Shown piece after piece: positions 25,596 through 40,559 of a DNA stretch of 64,000 bases. The stretch is taken from the NCBI RefSeq assembly GCF_006345805.1, contig NC_043006.1, forward strand, positions 54,436,001-54,500,000, in the 5' to 3' direction. Every line of letters starts with the position of its first letter. Within the stretch, counting starts at the first letter, position 1. A program made the translations under genes and the position numbers. The notes under the pieces were generated by a model, which ran no database searches, was not told the DNA's origin, and saw only the letters and a list, made by a program, of their open reading frames with translations. The stretch is from Octopus sinensis (Eukaryota).

Positions 25596-26258
25596 ATATA
25601 TACACATACATACATACACACTATTGGTATACATGCAATTTTAAACACACTATATATTTTCACACACACACACACCACCTCTGCACCCCAGACACTCCTT
25701 ACTCTCATCCTATAGAACATTCTTCTCACCTGCCTCTCTTGTCCTCCCACCCCTCTCTTCCATCTATCAACACAAAACTCCTCACCCGCTCTACCTACAC
25801 CACTGAGTGTGTATGTCCCATCTGTCTGTGTGTACCCAACACAGCTCTATAATTACCCAAAACTTTTGTTGTCCAACCCCAAACACTGCTACTCCTCTGT
25901 CTCTTGTTCCCCCCTTTTTTTCTACCCAACCTAGACCCACCTACTGCTAGGATGCTACCCTACACTCTCTTACAAGACATGCCTCCCCTCCAACAACAAC
26001 AGAAAGTGCTGCACTAGCTAAAATACCCAACACCACCACATACCCATCCTTCAGACTCAGACATAACCCACCTTTCATTAATGGCAGGTGGCAGTGAGAG
26101 ATGCTGTTCAAAGAGACCTGTCCCCTATCCATTTATTTTTTTCCCTTTTTCTTTCAGAGTGAAAAAAAGGGATAGGAGACAAGTTTCTTAGGCCTACCTA
26201 CATTGTTCAGCCTACCTCTCCCCTTCACATCATTACTCTTACATAATTCTCAAAACAC

Positions 26259-26298
<40 letters not shown>

Positions 26299-26417
26299 AC
26301 ATGTATACATCATCATACATATTACATATATACATCTATATATTCATAGATATTCAGACAGCAGATTGTTTTAATTAACTCCAGAATTTGTGATAATTGT
26401 AATTATATATATAGATA

Positions 26418-27687
26418 CAGGGTGCAGTGAATAAATTGTCATTTAAATTACACAAAAATGAAAACACTGACTTCTCATTTTAATAGATATATTTACCAAA
26501 ATTACATAAAAATATCTTGAAATACTAAAGAGTAAATTCATTCAATAAAATTGATATTGACTTCAACCATGGCCTCCAGATGACTTCAGAATCTCCTGCA
26601 ACTCTTCTGGACAGTCTCCTCATTTAAGTTGGTGAATGCTGCCATAATCCTTGCTTTCAGTTCATCTTTGGTGTTACAAGGAATTTTGTTGGTCTCTTGC
26701 TCAACTGCACCCCACACCTAATAATCAAGGGGTTGCAGTTTGGGGAGTTAATTGGCCAGATGTTAGGGGTAATGTGATCACAGAAATTGTCTGACAGCCA
26801 TAACTAGGTTCTTCTGCATGTGTGGCATGGTGCAGAGTCCTGTTGCCAGACATAGGATCTTCCAGCAGTGATCCTTTTGACCCAGGGCAGCACTACCTTC
26901 TTCAGGCAATTGATGTAGGCCTCCACGTTGAGGCCGTGTGGAAAAATGAACGGGGGCATAACAATGCCATCACTAGTGATCACTCCAAATACCATGATGT
27001 TGACTGGATGTTTGAATTTTTTCACTCTCAGTATGTTTTGGGGACATGGCAAACCAATGGTTGTTTTGTGTGTTGACCAGATGATCCTGGCAGAAATTTT
27101 TCTATTCTGAGAAAAATGAAAGTATGTTCAGTTGGAGGGGATGCTTAATTTTATTCAAAAGCTTCATAGCACAGTCTTTCCTATTGTTCTCGATAGCTTG
27201 AGATAAAAACTGGCCCTTTCTCATCTTGTATGAGGAATAGTGCATGAAGGCATTCGCTGATAAGAAACTCATAAACTCCCAATTCTCTGGCGATGGACCT
27301 GATTGACTTGTAGGAATCATTGTCAATTGTGGCCTGGATCTCACCAATTCAGGGGTTCTTTTCTTATCAGAATGATCAGAGTGAGTTTTCCAAGCTGCCA
27401 TACCTTCACAATTACCATTAAGACTCCTCCAAATCTTTCCGAATCCTCTGCACTGTCCTCAGATTGACATCCAAACACTCTGAAATGTTCGTATTGGAGC
27501 TTCTGTTGCAAATGCCAAGCAGTACAGCCTGTTGTTTCCAAATTTCTGGCAGAGTTAATTGCATCATGGTGCTGTTTTTCTTACAGATGGTGCCCATATA
27601 CTGTGTAGTCGACAAAATCAAAAACAACCCATGTACATGCATCAAATTGAAAATATAAAATGGCGACAATTTACCCATCACACCCTT
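26418..27687 (-). mobile_element. Degenerate Tc1/mariner-superfamily transposon, probably maT (DD37D)
   Basis: Imperfect TIRs starting (c)agggtg. Transposase fragments IMVFGVITSDG, YVWQQDSAPCH, a WPxNSPxCNPLDY-like motif and ILSFFSE(K). Confidence 0.85.
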
Positions 27688-29766
27688 ATGTAATATATGT
27701 ATTGAAGAAAGTCAGGAAAATATGAAAAAAAAAACCTCATAACAGTTAAAATTAGTACAATTGTATGATATGTGTGTATATGTACATATTACATATATAT
27801 ATAAACACACACGTATATCCGTGTGTACATGTGCACACACACATGCAATACATAGTGTTTGTATATTCTATTAAAAATTGAATCTTCTTGAATCGCTACG
27901 CTGAGTTGCATGATCTTAATTCTTCAAACTCTCAAAGAAGAGAAGCAGTGTTACAATATATAAACATATTTGTAAACACATCAAAATAGGATAACTCACT
28001 AAGATTGCTTGATAGAAATGTATTAAAAAATGCATAAATATTCTTTATGTGGTAAGATATATTTCAAGGATATTTAGCTGGTATTTCTAGTTGGTCGAGC
28101 GGTCATGTAGAGACACAGTTGAAGAAAACTGGGTTGTTATGTTTCATCCGTTGGAAGGATGTTTTGAAGATGTGCATTTTTAAGGAGGCATTGTTTGTGC
28201 AGGCAGCAAATATAGAATGAAGACCAGTGTCTTTGGAGGTTCTTTCTGATTTCTTGGCTCACTGGACATTATGGGGAGAGAAAAAATACTAGCACATTTC
28301 ATATCGAAGGTTAAAAAAGAAATGATATAAAGCTGTCATGGGCAAACTGCAATCCACAAGACTTTCTGAATGACATGCCTGATGATGAGCCATATCTGAT
28401 CAGCCCACTTCTCGAAAAAGGTTGCCCAAACCTCGTTTAAATTTAAACATTTAGAAAACTATTACTTTGTTTTATTAATCATATTTACGTATAACAAACA
28501 GTTTTGCTAATAACACATGCACACACACGCAAATTATGAAGAGCATGTTTATCATTATCATGATGATGCTCAAGAGTGGGGAAACTTTGAAATACATTCC
28601 ATAAAAATGATTATATATCTTTATTAATTTATTCATCTTTTCATTTTCTTTCATAAAGTTCATAAGAGATAAATCAAATCCTAAACTTACCTGTAAAAGT
28701 TTTCCTCGCAATAAATCCCTTCAGATGCTAGCTATCAAGAAAGGTTTATGAAATTTGGTCTCAACCAAGATTTGGTTTAGACCAGTAGACCAAATTTCCT
28801 TACAATTCTCTGTTATGAGATCATTTTTCACATAGGGTCTTTAACAACCTATAAATTCCCTAGGGTCTTCTTACTTCATGCAGATTGTTAATCATATATA
28901 TTCCTACTACTACATATAAATGTGGAGGAACATAGACTAGTGGTTAGAGCAGTAGACTCGCAGTTGAGGGATCATAGGTTTGAATCTCAGACTGGGTGAT
29001 GTGTGTGTTTATGAGAAAAATACCCAAGCTCCACGTGGCTCCAGCAGAAGGTAATGGCGAACTTCTGCTAACTCTTTCACCACAACTTTTTCTCACTCTT
29101 TCCTCCTGCAAATAACAGCTCACTTGTGCAAGGCTGGTGTCCCATCCAGGTGGGGAACCTATACGTCAATGAAACTGGGAAACCAGCCATGGCTCGAGAA
29201 GGAACACACAAACAAACAACAATATATAGATGCCATGCATATTTAACAAAATTATGAATATGGACTAAAAAATTCACTTGCATATAAATTAGCCTGTTTA
29301 TCACTATTTTGCACGAAACTAGCAACCTCTCATGGAAGCCTAGGGTTCCTGTAAATCCCAGTTGGGAAATGCTGCTGAAGAACATTAGTATGGATTTTCC
29401 AAAGCTTAGATTACATTCTTAAACATTTATAATGGTTGTGATTGAAGTGCACCTCTTTGCTGGCCCTTTACACTAAGGAAGTCAATGATGTGTGAAAGCA
29501 GGACCAATGAGAAGATGGTTCAGCTGGTGCATCCGTTTAGGACCCAGAAACCCAAGGAGGGACCCGTGCAAGTGTGACAGGCCACTTCCTTGCCTCCAGA
29601 ATGGGAAAACAGTTTTGTTTTGCATTACAAATTTTCTTTCCAAAATTCTGTTATGGTTGGAATCCATTCATAAAGAAATTGGGCGAAATGTTCAGAAGGA
29701 GAGTCAGGAATAGAAGGGAAGAGTACGTAGGGTCTTGCGTCTGAATGGCATACATAATCGTAGTAA

Positions 29767-30010
29767 GACGAAATACCTATTTCTTTACTACCGACAAGGG
29801 GCTAAACACAGAGGGGAAAAACAGGAACAGACAAACAGATTAAGTCGATTATATCGACCCCAGTGCGTAACTGGTACTTATTTAATCGACCCCGAAAGGA
29901 TGAAAGGCAAAGTCGACCTCGGCGGAATTTGAACTCAGAACGTAGCGGCAGACGAAATTCTGTTAAGCATTTCGCCCGGCGTGCTAACGTTTCTGCCAGC
30001 TCGCCGCCTT
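29767..30010 (-). mobile_element. SINE family A
   Basis: Reverse complement of the family A consensus with CpGs retained. Confidence 0.88.
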
Positions 30011-30591
30011 CAGTAAGTAAGTTAAGTTTTCAATATTTACAGTCGTAAAATACACACAAACACACACATACCGTGGTCAGAATAAAAAGAGGATGTATAT
30101 AATGTCTGTGTGTGTGTATGTGCATGAGAGAGGGAGTGACACAGACAGATAGACAGACAGACAGACCCAGCGAAATAAGTAAGGAGGATCATATACACAT
30201 ACACACAAAGATAGTAAATAAAAGATTAGTGAGACTATAGACTGACTATAACGAAATTCCGATTGGAGAAGTTTAATCTCGTTAAAGTATTAAATAGAAA
30301 TGTGTGCGTGCGTGTGTGTGTGTGTGATGGGCAAGCGGGAAGAGGAGGGGAGGAGGTATTAGACAAAGAAACATTCTATCTTAAGTCTGGTGTCTTAGTG
30401 TGTGAGAGAGTTAGTCTTTAAGGGAGGAGAGTGAATCGAATTTGTTAAAGTGGAACAAGTCTGGAATAAATAAATACATTGATAGTAATATATGTTTATA
30501 AGACGCCTCTTAAGTCAGTCCTGTTTAGTCGATAAGGCAGAAAAGTCGTCACAGAGGAAAAGGTCAGGTATTCTAAGCAACTTTTACAAGA

Positions 30592-30626
<35 letters not shown>

Positions 30627-32987
30627 TGCGTGTGAGAGTATATACAAGTCTAAAAATATATGTAAGGAAAGGTCTGAAAATAGCAGTCTAATAAACATGG
30701 TTCTAAAAGTACACGTATGAGTGTGTTTGTGTGTGTGTCATGCAATCATTACACATATCAAAAGGAAAAAAAAAAAAACTCTATCCCACTTCCATCATGT
30801 AAACATAAACACCATAGAACTAGAAACCCTCACGATCTCCTCAAATGCTCTTCCTCGCATTCACTGAGGACCGCTTCGAGTAAACGCACCTCTTCCAATG
30901 CATCTCAAAGAGTGGTCTTTTTCTCTTCAGAATCAGAAAATATTTCAGTCCTCCAACATTACTAACCCTCAAGAAAACTCACATGAGCTCCACAGTAGTT
31001 TAATTTTCCGAAGACCAGAACTGGTCACACACACACATACACACACGTCTCTCGTTTTAGCCTCTGACCCAGTGATGTGCTGTCTCCAATTTCTGTTTTC
31101 CTACTGCTATTCGATAACCTCTGCTCCTCAGGCACTCCTAATTCAACCTATATTTCGTTCTTCCCATCATTCGTGTTACCTCTACTATACTTCCTGCCAG
31201 AGCTCACACTTGCTCTCCGGAACGTTGGTCTTCTCTAATTCATTACGTGGTGAGAAAAAAAATCATTTCAGATTTCCTGTGTTGTATTTCAGACATACAC
31301 TTTCTCAGCTTCCATTTTTCTTGCCTAGATAATACCCTTTCCAGCCTCACACGCCACAGCCGAAAATGGATATTGACCCTCACCTATAAACCTACCTGTA
31401 ATATGGACTACACTCACACTAACAGATGGCACCCAGTGAAACTAAACAACTAATTCAAAAGACGATATAACCAACATTTTGACTCCTTTAGGTCCTGGGC
31501 CAGAGTAAACTCCATTTTTCCAGTCCTGTTTGATTTGAAAGCTTAGAGACAAATAACACGATTACTCCACTTGGAGTATTGTTCGTAGATCTCCTCCATA
31601 CTCCCAACATACACATACGTATTTATAGGCTCTGCCTGTTAGAAAAACTGCATGCGCTGAAACCCAAAGTGATCATTAATTACTGTTGAGCTTTCTTTTT
31701 TCTTTATCTTTTTGTCATGGGTCAGTTCAACAAACTCACTCGGGAAATAATACCAGGGAAAATCAAGGTGTGTACTCCTTGAGTTAATCTCGAGCACGTT
31801 CCTTTCCATATACCCTAATGATGAATCCACTGTCTTTTATGTAACTGTCTCCAACAATTTGTACCCCATAACCTGACACAGCGAATAGAAATCACCTTTC
31901 AAGCCGAATGCGGCTCGGGTTTCACTCACCGTAAGCATCTCATCGATTTGAATAATAATTTCACACGTGTTACGAAATTAATCTGGATGTTGGGCGTGAC
32001 AACCCTGAACCCTTAAAAGAACGGCATGAATATCAACCATTAGTATTCCTAATTCGATTCGTAATGCTCACTGCCTTAAGTATTTTAATACTGAACATAT
32101 ATTAGTTAAGTGCAGGTCATTATTCCCAATGTGGAGATTTAGAAATAATGTTTAACCAATCGAAATTATAATTTCAATGTGTAGGAGACATGGCTGTGTG
32201 GTTAGGAAACTCTCTTTGCAACAACTTCGTTTCGGATTCAATCCCACTGCACGGTAACTTGGAAGGTGTCTTCTACTATAGCCCCGGGCTGAGCAATACC
32301 ATATGAGTGAGATTGATGGACGGAAACTTGCGTGGAAACTCGTCGCGTGTGTGTGTGTGAGTCAGTGTTGTTTATGTCCCAGTATCGTAGAGGTTCAGCG
32401 TAAGGGACCGGTAGAATAGGTACAAGACTTAAAAATAAGTACTGGGGTCGATTCATTCGACTAGAAATTCCTCAAGATGGTGCCCCAGCATGGTCGCAGT
32501 CTCATGACTGAAACAAGCAAAACATAATCAAAAAGTGAAAAAGAGCAGAAGTGAATCTGTTCTTTGTGAATTTTCTTCGCACCAAAACTACAAAATCTGT
32601 AATTTAACATGTGATCAGATAGCCATGTTTGGCTGAGGAGGTTCAATAAGACTCAAACATGTTTAGACACGTTACTGTCACGACAGCTACTAAAGATCAG
32701 ACACTCTCTCCTGTATAAGTTTTTTTTTTTTTTTGGTCATTTCGGCTCTTCATAGCAACCACAATGACCTGCACTTAACTATCATTATCTTTCACTTGAT
32801 TCACACTTGCGGTGGCGGCCATGCTGGATTTAGTCGAATAAATCGACCCCGATACGTATTTTTAAGCCCAGTCCTTATTCTATCGATCTCTTATTGCCGC
32901 AAAACAACATTAGTTGTCAATCAGGGACGGGACAACAAGCACAGATACACAAACACATTTCCATCTATCTATCTATCTACCCCCTTC

Positions 32988-33037
<50 letters not shown>

Positions 33038-33402
33038 GACGCAGCGTGGATGTATAGTAAAGGAGCTTGCTTCCCAACCATATGGTTCCAGGTTCAGTCC
33101 CACTGCGTGATACCTTGGGCAGGTGTCTTCTACTATTAGCCTCGGGCCGACCAAAGCCTTGTAAGTGGAACTGAAAAGAATTTCGTCGTATGTGTGTGTG
33201 TGTGTTTTCCCCCTCCGCCCCTCACCATCGCTTGACAACCAATGTTGGTGTGTTTACGTCCCCGTCACTTAGCGGTCCGGCCTAAGGGACCGATAGAATA
33301 AGTACCGGGATTACAATGAATAAGTCCTGAGGTCGATTTCTTCGACTATGGCTGCAGTCAAATGACTGAAACAATAAAAGAATATTTTTATATATATACA
33401 TA

Positions 33403-34173
33403 TAGGGTGCGATAAATGAACGGTCGTCTATAATACGCAAAAATGAAAAGGACACTGACGTCTCATTTTAACATACTAAAGGGTAAATTTATTCAATAAA
33501 ATCGCCATTGGCTTCAATCAGACGACTTCGGAATCTCCTGCAACTCTTCTGGACGGTTTCCATGTTTAAAGTTAGTCTCTCACTCAACTGCATCCCACAC
33601 ATAATAATCAAGGGAGTTGCAATCTGGAGAGTTAGGTGGCCAGATGTTAGGGGTGATGTGGTCACAGAAATTGTCTGACAGCCATGACTGGGTTTTCTTG
33701 CATGTGTGCCATGATGTAGAGTCCTGTTGTCACACATAGGGTCTTCCAGCAGCGACCCTTTTGACCCAGAGCAGCACTCCCTCCTCCAGGCACTTGATGT
33801 AGACCTCCATGTTGAGTCTGAGGCCGTGTGGGAAGATGAACGGAGGCATAACGTCGCCATCACTAGTGGTCACTCCAAACACCATGATGTTGACTGGATG
33901 TTTGATTTTTATCACTCTCTGTACATGTTTTGGGGACTGAGAATGACACCCAACACTCTGATGTGTACGTATTGGAGCTTCCGATGCGACTGCCAAGCAG
34001 TACAGCATATCGTTTCCAAATTTCTGACCGAGTTAATTGCGTCATGTTTTTCTCACAGACGGTGCCTAACTGACCCTACTATACTGTGTAGTCGACAAAA
34101 TCAAAAAGAAACAAAATGCATAACAAAAATTTTTAAAAATATAAAATGGCGACAATTCACCCATCGCAACCTA
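33403..34173 (-). mobile_element. Internally deleted copy of the same maT/Tc1 family
   Basis: Both ends match 26418-27687; KHPVNIMVFGVTTSDGDVMPPFIF is retained; several hundred bp are missing internally (junction near 33950); flanked by TA repeats. Confidence 0.85.
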
Positions 34174-34671
34174 TATATATATATATATATAGCATATGAA
34201 GGGTTAAGTTCACTGGTGATCTAAACGAATAGGTACGCTGATGATTGGTCAGATGAGGCTGGTGCTAGGGATCCGTATTAGGCTTCCGTGTTAGAGGAAA
34301 AGGATAAAAACCAAGGCAGGACGAGTACCCTAATTAAATTATTATAAATGACTTGAGATACTTTGTTGTCTTCTACTATGGCCTCAGGCCGACCAAAGCC
34401 TTGTGAGTGGATTTGGTAGACAGAAACTGAAAGAAGCCCGTCGTATATATGTATATGTATGTTTGTGTGTCTGTGCTTGTCCCCCCCAACATCGCTTGAC
34501 AACCGATGCTGGTGTGTTTACGTCCCCGTAACTTAGCGGTTCGGCAAAAGAGACCGATGGAATAAGTACTAGGCTTACAAAGAATAAGTCCTTGGGGCGA
34601 TTTGCTCGTTTGCTCGACTAAAAGCGGTGCTCCAGCATGACCACAGTCAAATGACTGAGACAAGTAAAAGA

Positions 34672-34714
<43 letters not shown>

Positions 34715-35599
34715 CCTTTACTTGTATCAGTCGTTAGATTGGGGCACCGCCTTAAAAAATTTCAGTCGAACGACCTCAGGACTTATTTATTTCAAGACTG
34801 ATACTTATCCTGTAGGTCATTATTTCCAAACCGCTAATCATGGGGACGTAAACACACCAACAGCGGTTGTCAAGCGGTGGTGGAGAACGCACGCGCACAC
34901 ACACAGATCCTTCCTCCGGTCATATAGACTCATAGGGCCGGTTTTCCGATTTCCATACTGTATATATTCTCCGCTGGAGATTACATCGGTTCGTCGCAAG
35001 ATTACCCATTTTTACCGCCGAATAGACTGAAGCGTCGTGAAATGAAGTGTTCTGCTCAAGAACAACGCATCACCCGGTCCAGGAATCGAAACCACAATCT
35101 TACAATCATGAATCCAATACCCTAATCATTAAGCCATGAACCTCCATACATACATACACACACACAATGGGTTCCTTTCAGTTTCCATCCACCAACTCCA
35201 CTCATAAAGCCCTTGGTTAGTCCGAAATTATAACAGAAGACACCCTAAGTGACATACAGTGGGACTGAACCCAGAACGATGTGATTGAGGAAGCAAACTT
35301 CTTATCACACAACCACGCGCGCGTGCGGTAGGCCTATTTTAGTTTCTGTCTACAAAATCCACTAACAAAGCGGCCCTGGGCTAAAGTGGCACTGCAGTGG
35401 GATTGAACCCAAGGCAACATGGTTGGGAAGCAAGCTTCTTACTACGCAGCCGCTCCTGCACCTGCAGGTCACATTAAGTATGGTAACCTGCACTTAACTA
35501 TTATTAGTTAGTGCTCTCTGTTAGTGTATAAGATTTTCAATGTTCTTTGTATATATGTAACGTAGCTCGTATTTAAATCGACGAGAGCAAGCCTAAGAC

Positions 35600-35960
35600 G
35601 GAGTGGGAGGAGTAACAGAAAGCAGGCCGGCCGGCCGACCGGCTGGCTAAGCGCGGCAACATTCGCTCTACCGCACACCAAACAGTCATTTATCTCCCGC
35701 TCCTTTTCTCAGCACTCCCGCAATTTCCACAATGCATCGTCTCCTCCTCCTCTCCTCCTTTTGTGGTGGCGGCAGTCGTTGTAGTAACGCTGATATTCAA
35801 AATATGAATGAAATGACCGTTAGGTGGGCGGAGTCAAGTAGAAGGCGGAGCGAATTGGCGCTAAAACGCACAAATTATATTACGCAGACGCGCTGTATTT
35901 TGTAAACATCACAATGTTTGCTATTGGAAGCGCGGCAGTTCTTTAGCCCCGCGTCAGTAG
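35600..35960. promoter_or_regulatory. CpG-rich, promoter-like island
   Basis: Locally GC- and CpG-rich unique sequence with GGGCGG (about 35826), GGCGGAG and ATTGG (reverse CCAAT) motifs; no transcript evidence. Confidence 0.35.
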
Positions 35961-36688
35961 CAATCTAACAAAGCGCACGAAAGATGTTCCAACCGTGACC
36001 ATCCCATTTCTTTTTAAACATAGCACTACAGTTGTCCAATATATATTTACAGGATCTTTTCAGATACAAACAGGCTTTCTCGTTTGCTCGCAGCAGTAAC
36101 TGTGTTTGACTATTGGTGCTATTGACAGTAGTAGTATTAGTAGTAGTCCTGTTTATGGTCTAGAGTTACGAGCGAGTATTAGAGAATTAGAAAACTTTGT
36201 GTTCTTATCCTTGAGGCAATTAAAGAAAATATATATTATGTTAAACTATTTCGATTGAACGCTTTCTTATCTTCTCATTGATGAGGAGCAGAGAAGTGAA
36301 AAGTGAGTCGTTAGTTCAAGCCTAGCTCGCAACTGAAAGTCCCTTTCTCACCTCCCTCCCTCCATCCATCCATCCATCCATCCATCTATCTATCTATCTA
36401 TCTATCTATATCTGGTTCCTCTATGCAGATTCCTCTCTATCGCTTTCTTTCTACATACTACAGTCCGGTTCCACCAAATTGGCCACCCCTTTCTATTGAG
36501 AGAGAGGCGGAAAGTAGAATTGCAGGATCCTTGTTCAAAATAAACAAAACTCGATTGATTCGATGTTTGACAATTTTTTTATTGTTGTCAAAAACTAATT
36601 CTACTTGTGTCAAAATATACTCCATGCCAACAGTTGCGTGTGTGTAATAATGTGTATGTGCACACACAACTCATATTTACCCCCGTTT

Positions 36689-36722
<34 letters not shown>

Positions 36723-36734
36723 AATATATATACG

Positions 36735-36955
36735 CGACGGGGTGCTGAAAAGTTCCTGGCATTGGGTAAAGGAAAATACAGGAAGATCAGTTAATTATAT
36801 GATTTTTATTCAACATATTCCCCTCTCAGATTCAGGCACTTATTGCAGCGGTCCTTCAGTTCTTCTAAGCCCTGTAAAAGAACTCGGAATGTTGGGCCTC
36901 TGACCAGGCCTTTCATGATACTCTTAAAGCCAGGAACTTACACCAGCCCACGGAT
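36735..36955 (-). mobile_element. Mariner-derived MITE
   Basis: Inverted core aagttcctggc / gccaggaactt near the ends. The minus strand encodes a mariner C-terminus, RCNKCLNLRGEYVE*. Confidence 0.7.
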
Positions 36956-37092
36956 ATATATATATATAATCAATTGATCATTTTTGTTTATGACATGATC
37001 TCCGCTGGAGTGGTGTCCCTTCAACACCAAAAAGGATGCAATCACTACACATATCAAAAGAAAAAAGAAAGAAAAAGAAGCGCACTCTAAAG

Positions 37093-38652
37093 CAAGGGTT
37101 CTCAACAATTTATCTTTGGACACCTTTGATTACTATTTTATTCTAGTGTACCCCCATAGTCATTCTATGTTTAAGAACTATTGAGTTGGCAACTAAGTTA
37201 CCGCCGTTTTTTTTTTAAATTTAAGTTTTTTAAAAGGTTTAATAAAAAATAACAACTAATTAATCAATAATGTATTTACCTTTGTTGTCTACAACTTCTT
37301 CCCAACTTTCAACGTTGGTAGAAATCACCCGATTTCGACTCGAAAAATTGATCCAACCAAGCTCTCAATTCTGCATCAGTATTGAGCGAAACTCCGCGCA
37401 TAGCATTTGAAAGAGATCGAAAGAGGTGGAAATCCGTTGCTGCTAAATAAGGAGAGTACGGCGGGTGTGGCAGCACTTCCCAGCCATGCGTTTGAATGGC
37501 TTCCTTGGTCATATTGGCGATATGAGGGCGGGAATTGTCGTGCAGCAGAAGAACTCCATTCTGCCGATTAGGTCTTTTCTCTTGAATAGCCGTGTTGAGT
37601 CGTTCCATCTGTTGAACATAGAGTTCCGCGTTGACCGTTTGGTTATGTTCAAGGAATTCCGAATGGATAATCCCTTCCCAGTCCCACCATACGTTCAACA
37701 TCGTTTTACGCGGATGAAGATCCTGTTTCACGCGCGGTGTCGCTTATTTACCGGGGCTAAGCCATTCCTTACGCTGCTTCATATTGATGTACAGGCACCA
37801 TTTTTCGTTGCCAGTAACGATTCGGTAAAGAAATCGTTGCTTGTGTCCATGAGTTGAGCGGTGACGAACAAGCAAACCAGCGGAGATTGTGGCTCGCTGG
37901 TTTTTGTTGTCACATTTATAGCATGCGGAACTCATGCTCCATACTTTTGAACCTTTCTCATCGAGTGAAGATGCTTCTCTATAGCAGTGTGAGAACATTC
38001 CATTTTCCGTCAGTTCCCTTGTCGTCTGACGAGAATTTTCGTGCAAAAGTTGGTTTAATCGCTCTACATCGAACTCAACTGGACGGCTAGAACGAGGTAC
38101 GTCTTTGAGGTCAAAATCTCCATTTTTGAACTTGGCATACCAATCACGAGCGGTTCTTTCAGCTATGGCACCCTCTCCATACACAGCACAAATGTCGCGA
38201 GAAGCTTTTGCGGCCTTAGAACCTTGATTAAAAGGAAAAAGGAGATGTCGAAAATGCTCGTTTTTCTTAACCTGGCATTACATTTTAATGATCTGAAAAT
38301 AAACAAAAGTTATTTAAAATTAACTAAGAAAATAAAAAGATTCTAAAATGATTCAAAATTAGAATTCTCGAAAAAAATAAATTCCAAAATTTAAAAAACG
38401 GCGGGAACTTAGATGCCAACCCAATAGTTTTATAGAATGTTATTTATTAATGTTTTCACATATTAATTTGTGTAGGTTGAATTATGTAAAACGTTAGAAA
38501 AAGAAACCCAAATGTTTCTCGTCATACCAATACTTACGTCTAAAGCATATTTTTTCAGGGGCCCTTAAATTACTATTGTAAATATCCATTTTACTATTTT
38601 GTTGTGCGGACCCCCAAAATCTTATATAGACCCTCGGGGTTGAGAACCACTG
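37093..38652. mobile_element. hAT (Charlie-like) MITE interrupted by the mariner
   Basis: Ends caagggttctcaac / gttgagaaccactg, 8-bp TSD ctctaaag / ttctaaag. The internal sequence matches the copies at about 22.0-22.3 kb and 45.1-45.4 kb. Confidence 0.85.
37181..38424 (-). mobile_element. Full-length frameshifted mariner (DD34D) transposon
   Basis: TIRs ttgagttggcaactaagtt / aacttagatgccaacccaa, TA TSD, 1244 bp. ORFs 37744-38184 and 37309-37731 contain IVTGNEKW, LLHDNSRPH and HPPYSPYLAATDFHLF. Confidence 0.95.
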
Positions 38653-40559
38653 TTCTAAAGGATAGAGCAGTAATGTACTTACATGTAATTAAATATATGT
38701 CCCATCACTGAGTGACCAATGGTTTCGCATTCATAGTTCTTAGCTTTGTAGACGACTTCTCAGATTCTGTCTTGTCTTTCTCCCTCTCTCTCTATATATA
38801 TATGAGCGAGAGAGAGAGAGAGTCCCAAACGTGAGACTTGGAGTATGAATGAAGCTTTAGTTACCATTAATGAGTATGTCTATGCCTACACGCCCGCACG
38901 CACAGACATATACGTAAAGTTTGTGCATACAAAGTAAAAGAAGTACTCAATACCAAAAAATAAAGTGCTTGAAGCTTCACAATTCCTTATTCCAAATTTC
39001 ATAAACGAACACTGGCTTTGTGAAATTTGGAATATATATAATAGAATATTTTAATTTGGGTCGTGTCGAGTTTTGCCTATGGGCACGCAGGTTCTTCAAG
39101 CAAGCTACGACAAGTCGTAACTTGCTTGAAGATTCTGCGTACCCACAGGGTAGTAACAAACTGACTCTACCAAATAAAAATATTATTAATCTCTACTAGC
39201 GCACTGAGTTCTCTTTCTTCCGGCAGTCAATTATTTATAGCTTTATCTGCTTCGAGATTCACCATTCCAAAAAAGAATTATCACACGTTCTTTCGAAGTT
39301 TATACATTCTTATGTCAACTATGTGTGTGCGTGTGCGTGTGTGTGTGTGCGTGCGTGTGGGGGGGGGGGGCGTGTAACGTGCAATATGGCGAAATGGAAT
39401 AGTTAAGGGAGTTTGCTTTGGAACCATAAGGCCCAGATCCGCTCCCGGTACGTGGCATGTTTGCAAACATTTACTATAAACCCCACGTAGCTCCATACTT
39501 GCGAGTGAAATTAGGCAGGCGAAAAGTACATGGCAGCCCGTCGGGTGTAACAAAAAAGAACATCTGTGTCCCAAATCATAAATTCCATAATCAAAAAACG
39601 TACAGTACACCCAGCCTGCCGTGGGGCGGTGACAAAAACAATTATAAATAAAACTTAGCTGGTCATCGACCGAGTGAGAATATGTTTTTTTGTGAAAGTT
39701 TACTGGGCGTCGTATAGTTGCATTCACGTGATTCTGATACTTGTATACACGTGTTTGTGTTTATGTATGTGTGTGTGTGTTTAAATGTTCGTTCTGCGTG
39801 TTTAATGGATCACTAAACTCACATATTAGACTTCATTGATTGAATTACTGAGGCAACGTGTATTTTTTTTTCCACACAAACAGAGCAAATCTCTTTTCTA
39901 GGTCATTTGGTTATATAAGCTTATTGAACTAACAACACTATAAATGTACTATTGGATTTGTTGGAGAGAGCAACGAACAGAAATTGTATACGGGTTGTGA
40001 CAAGAAACAATCAACGAAAATCGAAGCAGTTTATTTAGCTCAAACTCTCAACTTCTGTTATAAATAAGGGAATATTAGTGTTCCACTAAACTATATACTA
40101 TACCAAAAGGCAGTGTTTCTCGTGGAAACAGGTAGCAGGTACCCCAGGGAAGATCTATGAGAATTGGAAAGGGGATGAATATGCCATGTTCATTAAAATT
40201 ACGGTGGTTTCCAACTTTTTAAACTTGTTAAATACCATGGTGTACTTAGAATTATATGGATGCAATATATATTTCCTAGCTTTGTCATCTAATTAATGAA
40301 GGATGGGAGAGAAGTGCAAAAAATTTGACGAATATAAAGCTAGTATTTATCAGTATGAGGACCATCGGCATAAAGTACCTGAACTGGATGTGCTTAGTCC
40401 AAATGGAGTAGAGACCAACGTCGACTTTTCTCCTATGCTCTCGCCTCTGGACTATATTTTCGACTTCTTTTCAGGTGGACCTTTGTCAGCTCTGCCTCTT
40501 TTCGGATTTTGCTGTACGGCATCGTGTGCTTCCCGAGGAAAGCCTTCCACTTTTAGGTC

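Noticed and set aside
30898-31332. 144-aa ORF
   Set aside because: Crosses a (CA)n run, has no motifs and no convincing splice structure.
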